Positions 11,508 through 23,845 of a DNA stretch of 64,000 bases are shown here, piece by piece. The notes under the pieces were generated by a model that was not told the DNA's origin, did not search any database, and saw only the letters and a program-made list of their open reading frames with translations. Position numbers and translations under genes: made by a program. The stretch comes from Vicugna vicugna. Lineage: Eukaryota. Numbering within the stretch: position 1 is the first letter of the stretch; each line of letters opens with the position of its first letter. The stretch covers positions 418,054 through 482,053 of the forward strand of contig MU057632.1 of NCBI GenBank assembly GCA_013265495.1, given 5' to 3'.

Positions 11508-13404
11508 AAGACTTCTCCATAAGATAGGTAGGGTTTTGACTGGAATTTCCAGCTCCAAAGAGAAGGTTAAGGCTTTGTGTCACAGACCTGGTAAGAATAC
11601 AAACCAGAAAGTTGAATCCAAGCCCAGTAGTCTTTCTTTTTTAACTTACTTGTAATAGAAACAAGGTGAATACAAGCACAGTCCTAACAGCAAGAATGGG
11701 ACTCAGATTTTAAAAGAGCACATGTTTACTGCTGTGTAATATTGGTACGGTCACTGCTAGAGATGTTAATAAATTGAATTCATGAAATTGCCATGATGCT
11801 GTTTTCATCCATTACATTGTATAGTGAAAAATGAAAATAAAATGGGTTTGTATGTATAGCAAATTTATTTTAAAATTCAAAGTATGAAACTGCCTGGTAA
11901 TACTCGATAAATTCCATTAAGATTCTACTAACATAATTAAGTTACATTTTAATGACTAACATCATGAAAAATCATTAATGAAATGCATTATTTATATTAT
12001 GAAATTTTTCATTAATTATATTTAATAATACTTGGACTCATCACCAATAGAGAAAATCTATAGCTTATTTATTAAGGCTTTTATGTGTATGGTTATAATT
12101 CAACTGCTATTTCATACTTTGATTTTTAAGTTTTCTAAGTGTTTAGTGACTGCTGCTACATTACCTGAAGTCAAGAGTGCATTTTAGATCAAGGTATATA
12201 AAAAATGTTTAAAATGATCAAAGGTTTTTGAAGAGTTTTGTGCAGAAGCTGGACAGAGCAGACTTCAACACGGACAATTTCAAGATAAAAATGTTATAGG
12301 CTTGTTTCTGAATGTCGCTGCAGTGTCTGAACTCAACTTCCGTGCCCACTGGGAATAGTAAAGTTTTTAATAACATCATTGAGGTAAGGTGTCATGGCTA
12401 TTGCATTTGATATGAAAAATATTAATTTCTATTTGTAGCAAAAGCACATCACTGACAAACTACAAATATAAATAACCAGATATCGGTACATGAATGACCT
12501 GGAAATCTTGAACCAATCATACTTGGAGAACTGTGGTTATTTATATCAGATTCTGTGAAGAAAGCTGATCTGCAGGACAGCTGATATAAATAGCAGTAGA
12601 GAGGAAAAGGGGAAGTCACGTCCGTCTGTGTGAGCAGAGCAAGTCCAGCTTGTGCAACCCTTACGAACTTTGAGAACTATTTCCAAGATGGTATTCCAAC
12701 AGCATCTCTTACACAAGGGAGGTTTCACTGCGTTACGTTTTAAGAGAAATACACATTCTGTGGTTTACCTTTGAATCGCATCACGTTAAATATTCAAATA
12801 ACCTATTACAATACTACTACAATAAAGGATACTGAAGCTAACTTCAAACCAGCCTTCCATCATCATTCCACTGCTAGGGAGATTTTTATATTCACTCCCC
12901 TCCATCAAGTCACTCTATGAGTATTTGACAACCAAAAATTCATCCACAAGCCAGGAACCTTCAGTTGCTTCCCTATTGTAGGAAGCAATTGAGAGCCAGT
13001 GGCAGGTATTGGTTGAATGGCGGAGTATGAGGAGGGTGGCATGGGAACAGGATGGGGGATGGGGATGAGGCAGAATTCTTCAACCGGTTGGTGCTAAGTG
13101 GCCCCTAAAATCTAAACTAGAAGATCATATCCCTGAGAGTTGAGGGACAATGGAGTTAGGTGTGTCTGCCAATTGCCAGATTTCCTGTTCTTTCCTAATA
13201 TGCTCTTTAGAGATTTGCTTCAGCTAATTATATTTGCTTGGGTTTTGCTTTGTCCTTGCTGATCTGTAAGTCTTCCTGAAGAGTTCTTAAATTCTCACTT
13301 CAGCTACATGGGATAAGCTGTTTCCTCTTGTTTGGTGGCTTTATAGCATGGGAAGACCATAATCATATCTCCTAAGGTATATTTTCCATATTCTAATGCT
13401 GCAA

Positions 13405-13557
13405 AGTGTTGCTACTTAACGTGAGGTCTGTGGATCACTTGGGAACTTATTAGAAATGCAGATTCTCACCAACTCCACCCCTGTCTCCCACTACATCAGA
13501 ATCTTTAATAAGATTTACAGATGATTGATATAAATCATATAAATTTGAAAAATGATG
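13405..13557. mobile_element. MER5-like hAT fossil
   Basis: atcacttgggaacttattagaaatgcagattctc...atcagaatct motif. Confidence 0.65.
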
Positions 13558-14150
13558 CCCTCCAGCCCATGTGGACTACTGTCTCCCTAGCTGAGACACT
13601 AAATGTCATTCACTCTTGAGACTCTAACAGGCTGCCTCTTGAAGGAGGTAAAAAGTTGAAGTGCACCATCCATTCAATGAAACCAAAGTCTTCTTGATTA
13701 CCCATCCCTATTAGAAAGGCCACAGGAAAGGAAACATCGTGTGATCGTGTGTGACACTTGAGACCTTAGCCTTGGAGCTTCCTTGGAGAACCCATCACTG
13801 GGCAACTTGCATTCAAGCTTAAGCCGGCTACAGTTCAATTTACTGCCAACTTAACTTTCTTGAATATCCCAGCCCCTGTCTCCCATCACTAAGGAAAGGC
13901 CTAGCACTTCTGTGACTCCACCCAATGTCCTGTCAGAGACTCTCTTCCCCACCTGATAGGTGACCATTGCCATCCTCACATTTCTTTAAGCCCTCCTGGA
14001 AGACAGTGTCCCCAAGTGGTGTTCTTACTGCTGCAAGGTTCATTATACAGCAAGCCTTGCAACGTGACTTCCTTAATCACCAACAGAATCTCCAACATTA
14101 CAGAATCCCAGAGCAATTCCTAGCCTCCCTCCCAAGAGATGCTCAATTCC

Positions 14151-14233
14151 AGTATATATGACTGAATCACTATGCTCACAGAAATTAACACAACATTGTA
14201 AGCCGACTGTATTTCAATTTTTTAAAAAAAAAA
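14151..14233 (+). mobile_element. Very short L1 3' terminus
   Basis: tgactgaatcactatgc...gaaattaacacaacattgtaagccgact...A tail. Confidence 0.8.
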
Positions 14234-15041
14234 GTGATAACAGGAGGAAAGGTTTGGACAAGGACACAGAGCTGACAGGATTTAGCAGTTGAAATCCCTA
14301 GGGTTCCACTAGAGTTCAAGGTATAAGATGGTACCAGTGGTTTGTTGATACTTTCAGAACACAACTCCACTTCCTAGAATCTTTCCTTCCATTTGTGTCA
14401 CTGTGTTTGGAAAGTCTTCATCTGCCCTTGGATCCTCTACTCAGAATTTCATTTCTCTCAAGGGCTGGGTAAACATGGTATACATCCCAACCATAAACAT
14501 TGTCATAAAACTGCTCCTAGTCTTCGGTCTTTCATTGGGAATCTCATTTTAGCTTTTTGATCTTGTAACAGTCCTTGTCAACTCAGATGACCTTGGAAGG
14601 CTGCGTCAGAGTCTCCGAATTCAACAGCTGCCCATGGCAAATCTACCATCTGCAGAGAATTTCCAGTTACTCACTTGTAGGGACGCTCCTCTCAAGACAA
14701 ATTGATCCTGGCAATGACTCTGAGTTTCCTTTCTCTGCTCAAAATGATTCAGTTTTGGTCTCCATTAACATCCTTCCTCCAACCTGCTTTACTACTAGAT
14801 CATTCATTCCCTACCATCAGGTCCTCTTAAGTCACCTAGTCTCCCCAGTGCCTTGAATTGTCAAATAAGAGGCACTCAATAAACATTTGTGAACTGAAGG
14901 TAACTGGAATGAGAAACCTGAAGCAATTCTCTACAGTCACTACTCTATCTAGAGAAGGCACTGAAACTTTGAGAAGGCTATGGGATCGCTAAACACTTGG
15001 GAAAACTTTCTTTGGTAAGTACTTCAGTTTTTTGATGGAAC

Positions 15042-15188
15042 ACACCTTGATTTCCATCTCATGAGACCCTAAGCTGAGAACCCAGATAAGCTGGGACACG
15101 TGACCCACAGAAGCTGAGACAATAAACATGTTGTTCTGAGCCAATACATCTGCAGCAACTTGTTACACTGCAAGAGATAACTAATACA
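15042..15188 (+). mobile_element. MLT1 (MaLR) LTR 3' fragment
   Basis: acaccttgattt...gagaccctaagc...tgacccacagaa...gataactaataca end. Confidence 0.75.
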
Positions 15189-15674
15189 ATAGTCCACGCT
15201 TATAGTGCTGTCAATATTCTTAAAGACAAGCGTTAATTTTATTTTCTTATTTTATAGAGTTATCGTGTATGATGCTCACTCTGAATGACATCAATTCCTG
15301 GGACCATAAAATCGTAGAAGAGTTGCTGTGAGAATTAATAGCTTCTCGTCCCCGAGTTCCCGGCTCACTGAACACACCATCTGCAGTTCTGTTGCCTTCT
15401 CTGATAGAGAAACAAATTATTTAGGGTATGTGATTTTCTCTCAATGTTGTCCTTGTAAGAGTGGTGTCTATATTATCGTTTCTAAGAAAGAATAGGTTTT
15501 AAAATGAAATCCAATGAAGCGGCAAAAGCTCAGAGTTTCTGTTACGAAATGAAAGAAGTTCAGAAGCAACAGAGACTAAGTAGAGTAAAACCAAAATGCA
15601 GTTAGTGGGAAAGTCATTGATAGAACAGGATGTGGTAAAATTTAAATTTTTTTCCTTATGTCTTTTCAAAAAAA

Positions 15675-15769
15675 CTATTTACTTATTAAATGAAGTACTG
15701 GGGATTGAACCTGGGCCTTCATGCATGCTGAGCAAGCACTCTACTACTGAACTATACCCTGTCTTCCCC
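15675..15769 (-). mobile_element. tRNA-Ala-derived SINE
   Basis: gtactggggattgaacctggg...ctctactactgaactataccc. Confidence 0.85.
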
Positions 15770-15919
15770 ACTTATGTCTTATTTATTGGTCCCATATAAT
15801 ACATCACAGATGGCAGCTTCAGTCCTTTAGATATAGCACGACTGCTAGCCTTTTTTTAAAAAGCAGAGTTATTCTATGGAATCATGCACTGGAGAACTGA
15901 TTTCTACAGTTCTCCACAA

Positions 15920-16401
15920 CTGAACCCCTTTCACAGCCTCCCCCACCATCCACATCATACATGTGTTACAACTGATGAACCTCCATTGACCCCTCATTAC
16001 CACCCAAGGTCCATACTTCACATTAGGGTTAACTCTTGGTGTTGTACCGTCTACGTATTTGGACAAATGGATAATGACATATATCCATCATAATGGATGC
16101 CTACAGAGTATTTCCACTGCTCTAAAAATCCTCCATGCTCCACCCATTTATCCCTCCCTCCCGCCAACCCCTGGCAACCACTGATCTTTTTACTGCCTTT
16201 TCCAAAATGTCTTATAGTCAGAATCATACCGTACGTTGCCTTTTCAGATTAGCTTCTTTCACTTAGCAATATGCACTGAAGTTTCCTCCATGTCTTTTTT
16301 GGCTTAATAGCTTATTTCTTTTTAGTACTGAATAAGATTCCAGTGTCTGCATGTACTACAGTTTATTTATCCATTCACCCACTGCAAGACATCTTGGTTG
16401 C
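15920..16401 (-). mobile_element. Ancient L1 (L1MC-like) 3' region
   Basis: gttacaactgatgaacc, cattagggttaactcttggtgttgtac, cccctggcaaccactgatctttttact, cttctttcacttagcaatatgca. Confidence 0.8.
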
Positions 16402-17002
16402 CCTAATTCCTTTTTAAAATATTTCTTTCTGTGCTACCATGCAATTTCTTATAATTTACCATGGAAAATAATATATTAAATCCAATACAACAGCAGAACA
16501 AAAAATAGTTAAGAAAAATAAGATTTTCCAAGGAACATGTGAATTGAAAGTCTTACTAGTTTATATGCACACAGTTTTGGATATACTGAAAACTACTGAA
16601 TGACCGCAGTTGAGAACCTAAAATGTAATGTAATATTTTGATATATTTATAGGCACTTAAAGAATAAGATCATTTCACACACCAGAATATCTGAATCCTA
16701 TAATGGAGTCTCTGAGAAGGGAAAGCCGTCCCAGAGCTCCTTGAGGGGACGAAAACACAGGGAACACGGTCCATCACAATGAAACATTGATGGTTTCATG
16801 TGCCCATCTGAAGAAAACTTTTCCATTTGTAAGAACTGAATTGCTCTGGTAGTTAACCAGCCGACTGATATTTTGAAAAGAAATCCCCCTCCCTGCACAC
16901 CATGACTAAGTGTGAACTGAAAAGCACACTTTAATCACCATGTCACAGAACTTAAGGGCTTCCTTTAAGGTCTTTACCCTCTGTGTCCTCTTTTTCTCCA
17001 TC

Positions 17003-17321
17003 ACCTAGTCTGGCTCTGACTGCCATAACAGATTAGCATAGACAGTTACTTCTCGCAGGGTGGGAGACCAGAAGTTCAAGGTCAAGTTGTGGGATATCCA
17101 GAGGGACTGCTTCCTGGTCTATAGACGACAGTCTTCTCTTGTGTCCTCACAGGGTGGAGAGCTCAGAGCCAGAGCCCACCTCATGTCTCTTCTCAAAGGG
17201 CACTGATTCCGCTCATGACTGCCTCCCCAGTATCACCTGCTCAGCTCCTAACACCCCCACGTGGGAGCCCAGCATTGCAACACGTGTCTTTGGGGAAGAC
17301 ACAAACGCTTGGTCTATAACA
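17003..17321 (-). mobile_element. MLT1A-like MaLR LTR
   Basis: ctgccataaca, gaagttcaaggtcaag, cttctcttgtgtcctcac, tttggggaagacacaaac...ataaca. Confidence 0.78.
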
Positions 17322-18020
17322 TCTTCTTAATTTTACTTTTCATTGTTCTTCCTTTCCTTCAACCACAAAATAGACTTCAAAAGGGAATTATCTGTTTTTT
17401 GAATTTATTCAATAACATTTCATAATCTATTCTCCACTGAACGCTGCTTTCCAATCACCCTTTCGTCCACTCCTATTTGCAACCCTGGCATCAGCCAGAC
17501 ACTTTTGACAAGAATTTAAAAGGTGCCTTGTTTATTTTTAACATTGAAATTTATGAAAAGAAGTCATTTGTTGTGAGGTGATAATATTTTAAAAAATATT
17601 TTATCTATAGTTCATAAATATCTGTGTTTTTCTGCTAAATTTAAGGGATCATGTTATTATTACTAAGTCAAAATATTTTTACCAAACTTTTCTTTTTTCA
17701 AATTATGTGGTGAGAATTTTTACATACAATGAATCCATGCATTCTGCATATAAATTATTTTGCAAGTAAGGCATTTTTGGATACTGTACTAAGTAAGATA
17801 TGATAATGATGCATTCTTTTTTTAAATAAACTATCTGATAAATGTGTGTGGTTTTATAAATTATTTTTACCATAAAATTTAAACTTTCAAATACAAAATG
17901 GGATTCTTGCTAAAAATAAAAATAGGTTATACTATCTCTGTTGATTAAAAATGATCTCATAGAAATTATTTTTCCTACTATATTTGTTAAAGTCATACTC
18001 CACCATATACAGTATTTTTA

Positions 18021-19078
18021 TAATTTAATTTTTTTCTTTTTATTGAAGTATAGTTGACTTATAACGTATTAGTTTCAGGTATACAGAAAAGCGACCCAGT
18101 TATACACATATATATGTATTCTTTTTCAGATTCTTTTCTATTATAGATTATTAACAGATATTGAATATAGTTCCCTGTGCTGTACAGTAGGTCCTAATTT
18201 TTTTTTATCTATTCTGTATATAGTAGCATGTTTATGTTAATCCCATACTCTGGATTTATCCCTCTCCTGTCTTTCCCCTTTAATAACCATAAGTTCATTT
18301 CTATGTCTGTGAGTCTATTTCTGGTTTGTGAATAAGTTCATTTGTATCATTTTTTAAGATTCTACATATAAGTGATACCATATGATACTTGTCTTCGTCT
18401 AACTTACTTCACTTGTATGATAATCTGAGTATGATAATCTCTGGTTCATCATTCTCATGTTTCTGTAAATGGCATTGTTTCATTCTTTTTTATGGCCAAG
18501 GAGTGTTTCATTGTATATATATATAGACCACAACTTCTTTATCCAGTCATCTGTTGATGGACATTTAGGTTGTTTTCATGTCTTGGCTATTGTAAATAGT
18601 GCTGCTATGAACACTGGGATGAATGTATCTATTGAAGAATAGTCAATTTACAATGTGTCACTTTCTGATCTGTAAGGAGCATCCATAATGTTCTCCATAG
18701 TGGCTGTACCAATTTACATTCCAACAGTGTAGGAAGGTTCCCTTTTCTCCACAGCCTCTCCAGCATTTATTATTTGTAGACTTTTTGATGAGGGCCATTC
18801 TGACTGGTACAAGGTGATATCTTATTGTAGTTCTGATTTGCATTTCTCTAATAATTAGAGATGTTGAGCATCTTTTCATGTGTCTATTGGCCATCTGGAT
18901 GTCTTCTTTGGAGAAATGTTTATTTAGATCTTCTGCCCATTTTTTGATTGGGTTGTTTGGGTTTTTTTTTTTTGGAAATTAAGCTGTATGAACTGTTTGG
19001 TATATTTTGGAAATTTATCCCTTGTTGGTCACATCTTTTGCAAATATTTTCTCCCATGCCTAGTCTGTCTTTTCATTT
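18021..19078 (-). mobile_element. L1 (ORF2 C-terminus + 3' UTR) with an internal deletion/filler
   Basis: ORF 18658-18894 reads [25 protein letters not shown]...[13 protein letters not shown], the L1 ORF2 C-terminal region. T-rich tail on the left. Confidence 0.93.
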
Positions 19079-19642
19079 TTTTCATATACTACTTTTAAAT
19101 GAATCAATGAAATTACCCCCAACACTCCAGCAATCAACAAGATCAATTCGTTTTGGGGAAACTTGTGTAAGCATAGGAAAAATGATTGCTACTTGACTTT
19201 CATTAAATATATTAAGAATTTACACATTTTTTAGAATATATATTTATATACTGAGTTGAATATAACTCGGTGTTATTTTGTCATCAATTATAATTTGATA
19301 CCTTATTAAAAAGACTATTTGAAAAGATAACATGGTTCCTTTATTAGCTGATTTTTTAAAAGAAATCATATTTAGGAGTACAACAGAGGAAAAAATTATA
19401 AAGAAAAAAGAAAAATACATCCTTATTCTAGTATATAAACCAGTTTTTAACATACTCTTTAGGCTAGTTTGTCAGTTTCATCACAGGTGGTCTAATACAG
19501 TATTAGGGTTACCCTGGGTTATTTAAAGTTGGTTGTTCCCCTTACCTAATGCAACCACGTTGTAAGCAAAGCACAGGTTGTATTTCTGCTCTGAGGCCTA
19601 CAGTGAGTTACATGATACATTTTCTAGTTGACTTCAAGTGAC

Positions 19643-19816
19643 TTTTTACTGAAGTGTAATTGATTTATAGTGTTTGTTTCATTGTGCAACAAAATGATTC
19701 AGTTATACGTATACTTTTTTTCATATTTTTTCCATTACAACTCATTATAAGAAACTGAATATAGTTCCCATGCTATACAATAAGTCCTTGTTGTTCATCT
19801 ATTTTATATATAGTAG
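19643..19816 (-). mobile_element. L1 3' UTR fragment
   Basis: gattcagttata, tgaatatagttccc, gtccttgttgttcatctattttatatatagtag. Confidence 0.85.
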
Positions 19817-20639
19817 AAGCACCTCTTTTTAAAACTGGGAAAGACCCACACTGAGAGGGCGCAGACAGACATTCTGTTCAAGCATGATCTGGTGCCTGCC
19901 CATGAGTAAAACCACACGTCATCAAGTCCATGAAGTTGTATGGGCTTCGTTAGCTCTGTCTCCCACTTCTCGGCATGGCGCTCATGCATGGTGGCCAAAT
20001 AGGAATGGGGGCATAAATCTCTCTCAACTGTGCAAACGTTTTCTCCTTGGTTAAATGACTTCTCCATTTCTCATTTTAAATCCACTTGTAAGGTGTGTGA
20101 GTGAGTCCAGAGTCAGAATGTCTCCTTAGAGCAAAACAATTTTCCAAGACACTGGCTATTAGGCAAAGTTTCCAGGGAGTGCCTACATCCACTGGGGTTG
20201 CTCCTTTGTATTCTAGCAAGAATATGCAAGAACAGAGTGTCCCACAGGTCCTAAGGGGAATTCTCAGCTGCCTTTTAGGTAATGTTAATCTCCTAAATTT
20301 TTTACAAAATTAAGTATTTCTTAGACTAATAGAGGCCAAAGGAAAAAGAAGAGGAGTTAATCATTCTTTCCTTTAAAAATAATAAACAACAAAGCGTAAG
20401 GGACCTCTATTTAGTACATTTAAGCATACTTATTCTTTTGCTTTATAGGAATTAGTTTCACTTCATTTCCCCCAGCATTCTTGTATCATATTTCTCCTTG
20501 GTGACATGGAGGTAGTTATAAAATAAATAAAAATGAGTAATTCCAAATCTCTCTAAAACAATTAGAGGGTAACCAAGGAGAAAATATCCATATAACTTAC
20601 ATAAACGTGTATAGAGATAAAAGACTGGCAAATCAGCCC

Positions 20640-20800
20640 AAGTTCCCAAATAAGAAATCATATCCAAAGAAACTCAGTTACTTAAAAATCACATTACAAC
20701 ATTAGCAGACAAAGAAAGTGCAGAAGATGTAATAGACCTTAATTTTAGCAGAGTCGCTCATGAGCTCTTGTTTGAAAAATGAATTCAAATGAGCTGGGAT
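20640..20800 (+). mobile_element. Decayed CR1/L3-type LINE reverse transcriptase fragment
   Basis: From 20702 translates LADKESAEDVIDLNFSRVAHELLFEK, resembling the CR1 RT motif LVDxGNAVDVxYLDFSKAFDxVSHxILxxK. Confidence 0.55.
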
Positions 20801-21242
20801 CAGAGACCTTTCATCTGCACTAAAATAGCACGGAGGGTCGTAAAGGGAAGGAACGATGAACAGCAGTGTATTGAGTCACAGATTTTTTTTTTGCAAAAAC
20901 GGTTCAAAATCTAATGTATTCAAAGTATGTAAAATACCAAAGTATTCACAAAATCACCTGAGATAAAGGAAAGAAGCAAGGAAAGAAGGAAAGCTTTTGT
21001 GTCCCCTGCACATTCTGGTTTGTGCATCCCTCCAGCAACGCATCCTCCATGCTCCGTGGGACTCATGTTCCATAACACGTGCCCACAAAGCACAGCACTG
21101 GGTATCAGATATAAACTCAACTCTCTCGCTCCCATTTCTCATATTATTGCCATATGTAAAGTAACAGCAACATCAAGACTTACATTATAGAATAAGAACA
21201 CGTAGCAGAAAATTAAACACTGATTAACAATGGGGAACACAC

Positions 21243-21420
21243 ACTGAATTCTTCCTGTGCTCTGAGTGTGGTGCCAGGACTTTACATACATCATTTTCCT
21301 TAATCCTGAAAATCAACTTTAAGAGGTGAATACATTATTCCCATTTTACAGATGAAGGAACTCAATTTCTTTTCAGACAGCCAGTAAATCATGACGCAAG
21401 AACTGAAACCAATTCTTCCC
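21243..21420 (-). mobile_element. MIR SINE
   Basis: Core attattcccattttacagatgaaggaact. Confidence 0.75.
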
Positions 21421-22119
21421 AAATCTCCCCCTCCTTTTAATATATGATTTTTGCTATTACTGTTATTGCTGCTGTTTCATTACTATCACACTCACTTTCA
21501 TGGAGTTAACAGACAGGGGAAACATAAACACAAACACATTAAAATTAAAGCAGTGTGGCTGAATAGCTCTTCAAGACAATAATCAGAGATGCTCTGAACG
21601 ATAATTCATCTGATCCTTAACACATCCAGGGCCCTTACTCTGACTGCCACCAAGCCAGTTCACTTTCATGTGGAGAGTCTCTAAACTGTGAGGTCGATAC
21701 CAGTAAAGACACAGAGACTTGGAGAGTTTCAGAACCTTCTCTAGGTGGTTGTGGTAGAATCAGGATTTAAATCCAGGTGTTCTGATTGAGAGATTTTTGT
21801 GCTTAACCATTCTGGAGTGGAAATTTTCATAACTGGGTGCACAGTAAATTGCACAGATCTTGATTGCCTTAGGACTTCAGAGGTCAAGGAAGGTTTTTAT
21901 ACAAATAGGAGACAGGACTTATTCAGAGCTTTGAAAAATTAGTTGAACTAACACACAGAAAGAGGGGAGCGAAAAAAGAGTCTGCCTGAAGGTGGAAAGT
22001 GGGCACAGCTCAGAGACATGAAAGCACAGGCTACTTCAGGGAAAGTGTAAGAACCAGCAACAGAGGAGCCTAGTGTCTGAAAAGATGAGTACTTGGAAAA
22101 AATAAAAGTGTTAGTTTTC

Positions 22120-22269
22120 CTTTTCTAATTCCTGTAGGTGGTAGCTTAGGTTGTTTATTTGAGATTTTTCCTGTTTCTTTTTTTTTTTTTTTGAGGAAGT
22201 CCTGTATTGTTATGAATTTCCCTCTTAGGACTGCTTTTGCTGCATCCCAAAGATTTTTCTGTGGTTGTG
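22120..22269 (-). mobile_element. Internal L1 ORF2 fragment flanked by a 16-bp direct repeat
   Basis: Minus strand encodes NLWDAAKAVLRGKFI and is homologous to ~39370-39490. Repeats aaaagt[g/a]ttagttttc at 22104-22119 and 22270-22285. Confidence 0.85.
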
Positions 22270-22273
22270 AAAA

Positions 22274-22730
22274 GTATTAGTTTTCTATTGCTGCTGTAAC
22301 AAATCATCAGAAACTAACTGGCTTAAAATAATACAGATCTAGTATCTTAGAGTTCTGGAGGTCAGCAGTCCAAAGTAAGTCTCACTGGGCTCAAGTCAAG
22401 GTGTCTGCAGGGCTGGTTCCCTCTCAGGGTTACAAAGGGAGGATTTGTTTCCTTTTCTTTTTTCAGCTACTAGAAGCTACATGCCTTCCTTGAGCCAGGA
22501 CCCCTTCCTGCCTTTACTCCAATCTCCTGCTTCTGTACCCACGTACTGATCCTCTGGTGTCTTTCATATAAAGACACTTAGGACTACACAGATCTACCCA
22601 GATAACCAGAATCATATCCCCATTACAAGAAACTTAATACAAGCACATCTGCAAATCTATTTGTCATCAAAATTACCCTACTCCCAGTTTCTGGATATTA
22701 GCACAAGGATATCTTGGAGGGGACACACAA
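22274..22730 (-). mobile_element. MLT1 (MLT1D/E-like) MaLR LTR
   Basis: gtattagttttctattgctgctgtaacaaat, gttctggaggtcag, gtctgcagggctggttcc, cacatctgcaaa. Confidence 0.82.
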
Positions 22731-22902
22731 TGTGTCAGTGTGTCACACAATGAGACAGGTAGGTTCACACAACCTGATAGTGGGTGGCCCCTCTGCCAAA
22801 CTGGAGATCAGTGAGTTACTGGAGGTTACTGAAACAAGGAAACAGCATGATTAACATAATAATATAGGCTGAGTAATCTGGCGTTTAAGAGGATTCATCC
22901 AT

Positions 22903-23104
22903 AGCAGTGATTCTCAGAAATTACAGTGCATAAAAATCACATTTTGAGTTTGCCATAAAATAGAGATTTCTGGATCCCCCTTCATGACTGGAGATTCTTA
23001 TTCATCGGGTTGGTGGCACAGCCCAGGAATCTTCCCTTTTAAAAAAAAATCCCTGCAGGTGATTATGATGCAAGTGACTGAGAGAGCATGCTCAGAAAAA
23101 TGCT
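22903..23104. mobile_element. MER5B-like hAT fossil
   Basis: cagtgattctca...gagattcttattca...gcccaggaatc...caggtgattatgatgca...gaaaaatgct. Confidence 0.7.
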
Positions 23105-23344
23105 CGTCCGTGGTACTTGAACACCTACATCAATCTGCACTCACTCCTCCCCAACTCCATGCAGGGAATCAGATCAGGATTAAAAATATATAAACCATGA
23201 AAACAAAACGCACGTTTTTAACCTATGTGCAAAGTTATCTGTAAGATGAACAATAGAACAAAAAGTCACTATTTGAAGAAAAAAGAGAAAAAAGTTACCT
23301 GTTTCTGATACAGGGGAGGAAGACATGTGAGAATTGTTTGGCAT

Positions 23345-23550
23345 CTTGTGTATCAGACACTTACCATGGTCTACGTGTTGTTCTAAGTGCTACTACTGTC
23401 AATTCATTTAGTCCTCTCTCCATGGTTAGTATTTACATTTTCATTTCCCAGATAAGAAAACCGAGGTTTAGAGAGAATAAACAGCATGTCCAATATTACA
23501 CAGCAAGAAAAACAACAGAACTAGCATGTGGTCATTGTCTGTCTGGCTAA
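23345..23550 (-). mobile_element. MIR SINE
   Basis: tttcatttcccagataagaaaaccgaggtttagagag core. Confidence 0.65.
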
Positions 23551-23694
23551 ATTGTTTTGCTGCTTTGCCCTCTGCAGGATGTAACCCACAAGAGACTAGC
23601 TACTTCACTCACAGATTTAAATATAAAATCGACAATCACTTCGTAGCTGTACCTGCTTCTTCTTAGGAAGGGAGAGAAGTCATAGTGGAGACAG

Positions 23695-23845
23695 GGAGAA
23701 GCAATGGACTAAGAGCCAGAGGTTGGGGTTTTATCCTGGTTCAGGGTCACCATCTCTGGGACCTTGAGCAAATCCCTTGATCTCCATGGTCTGCATCTTC
23801 CTCGAAAACAAGAGGACCAGACGAGGTAATTTCTAAAATCCCTCA
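23695..23845 (+). mobile_element. MIR SINE
   Basis: tggactaagagccaga...gaccttgagcaaatcccttgatctcc. Confidence 0.6.
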
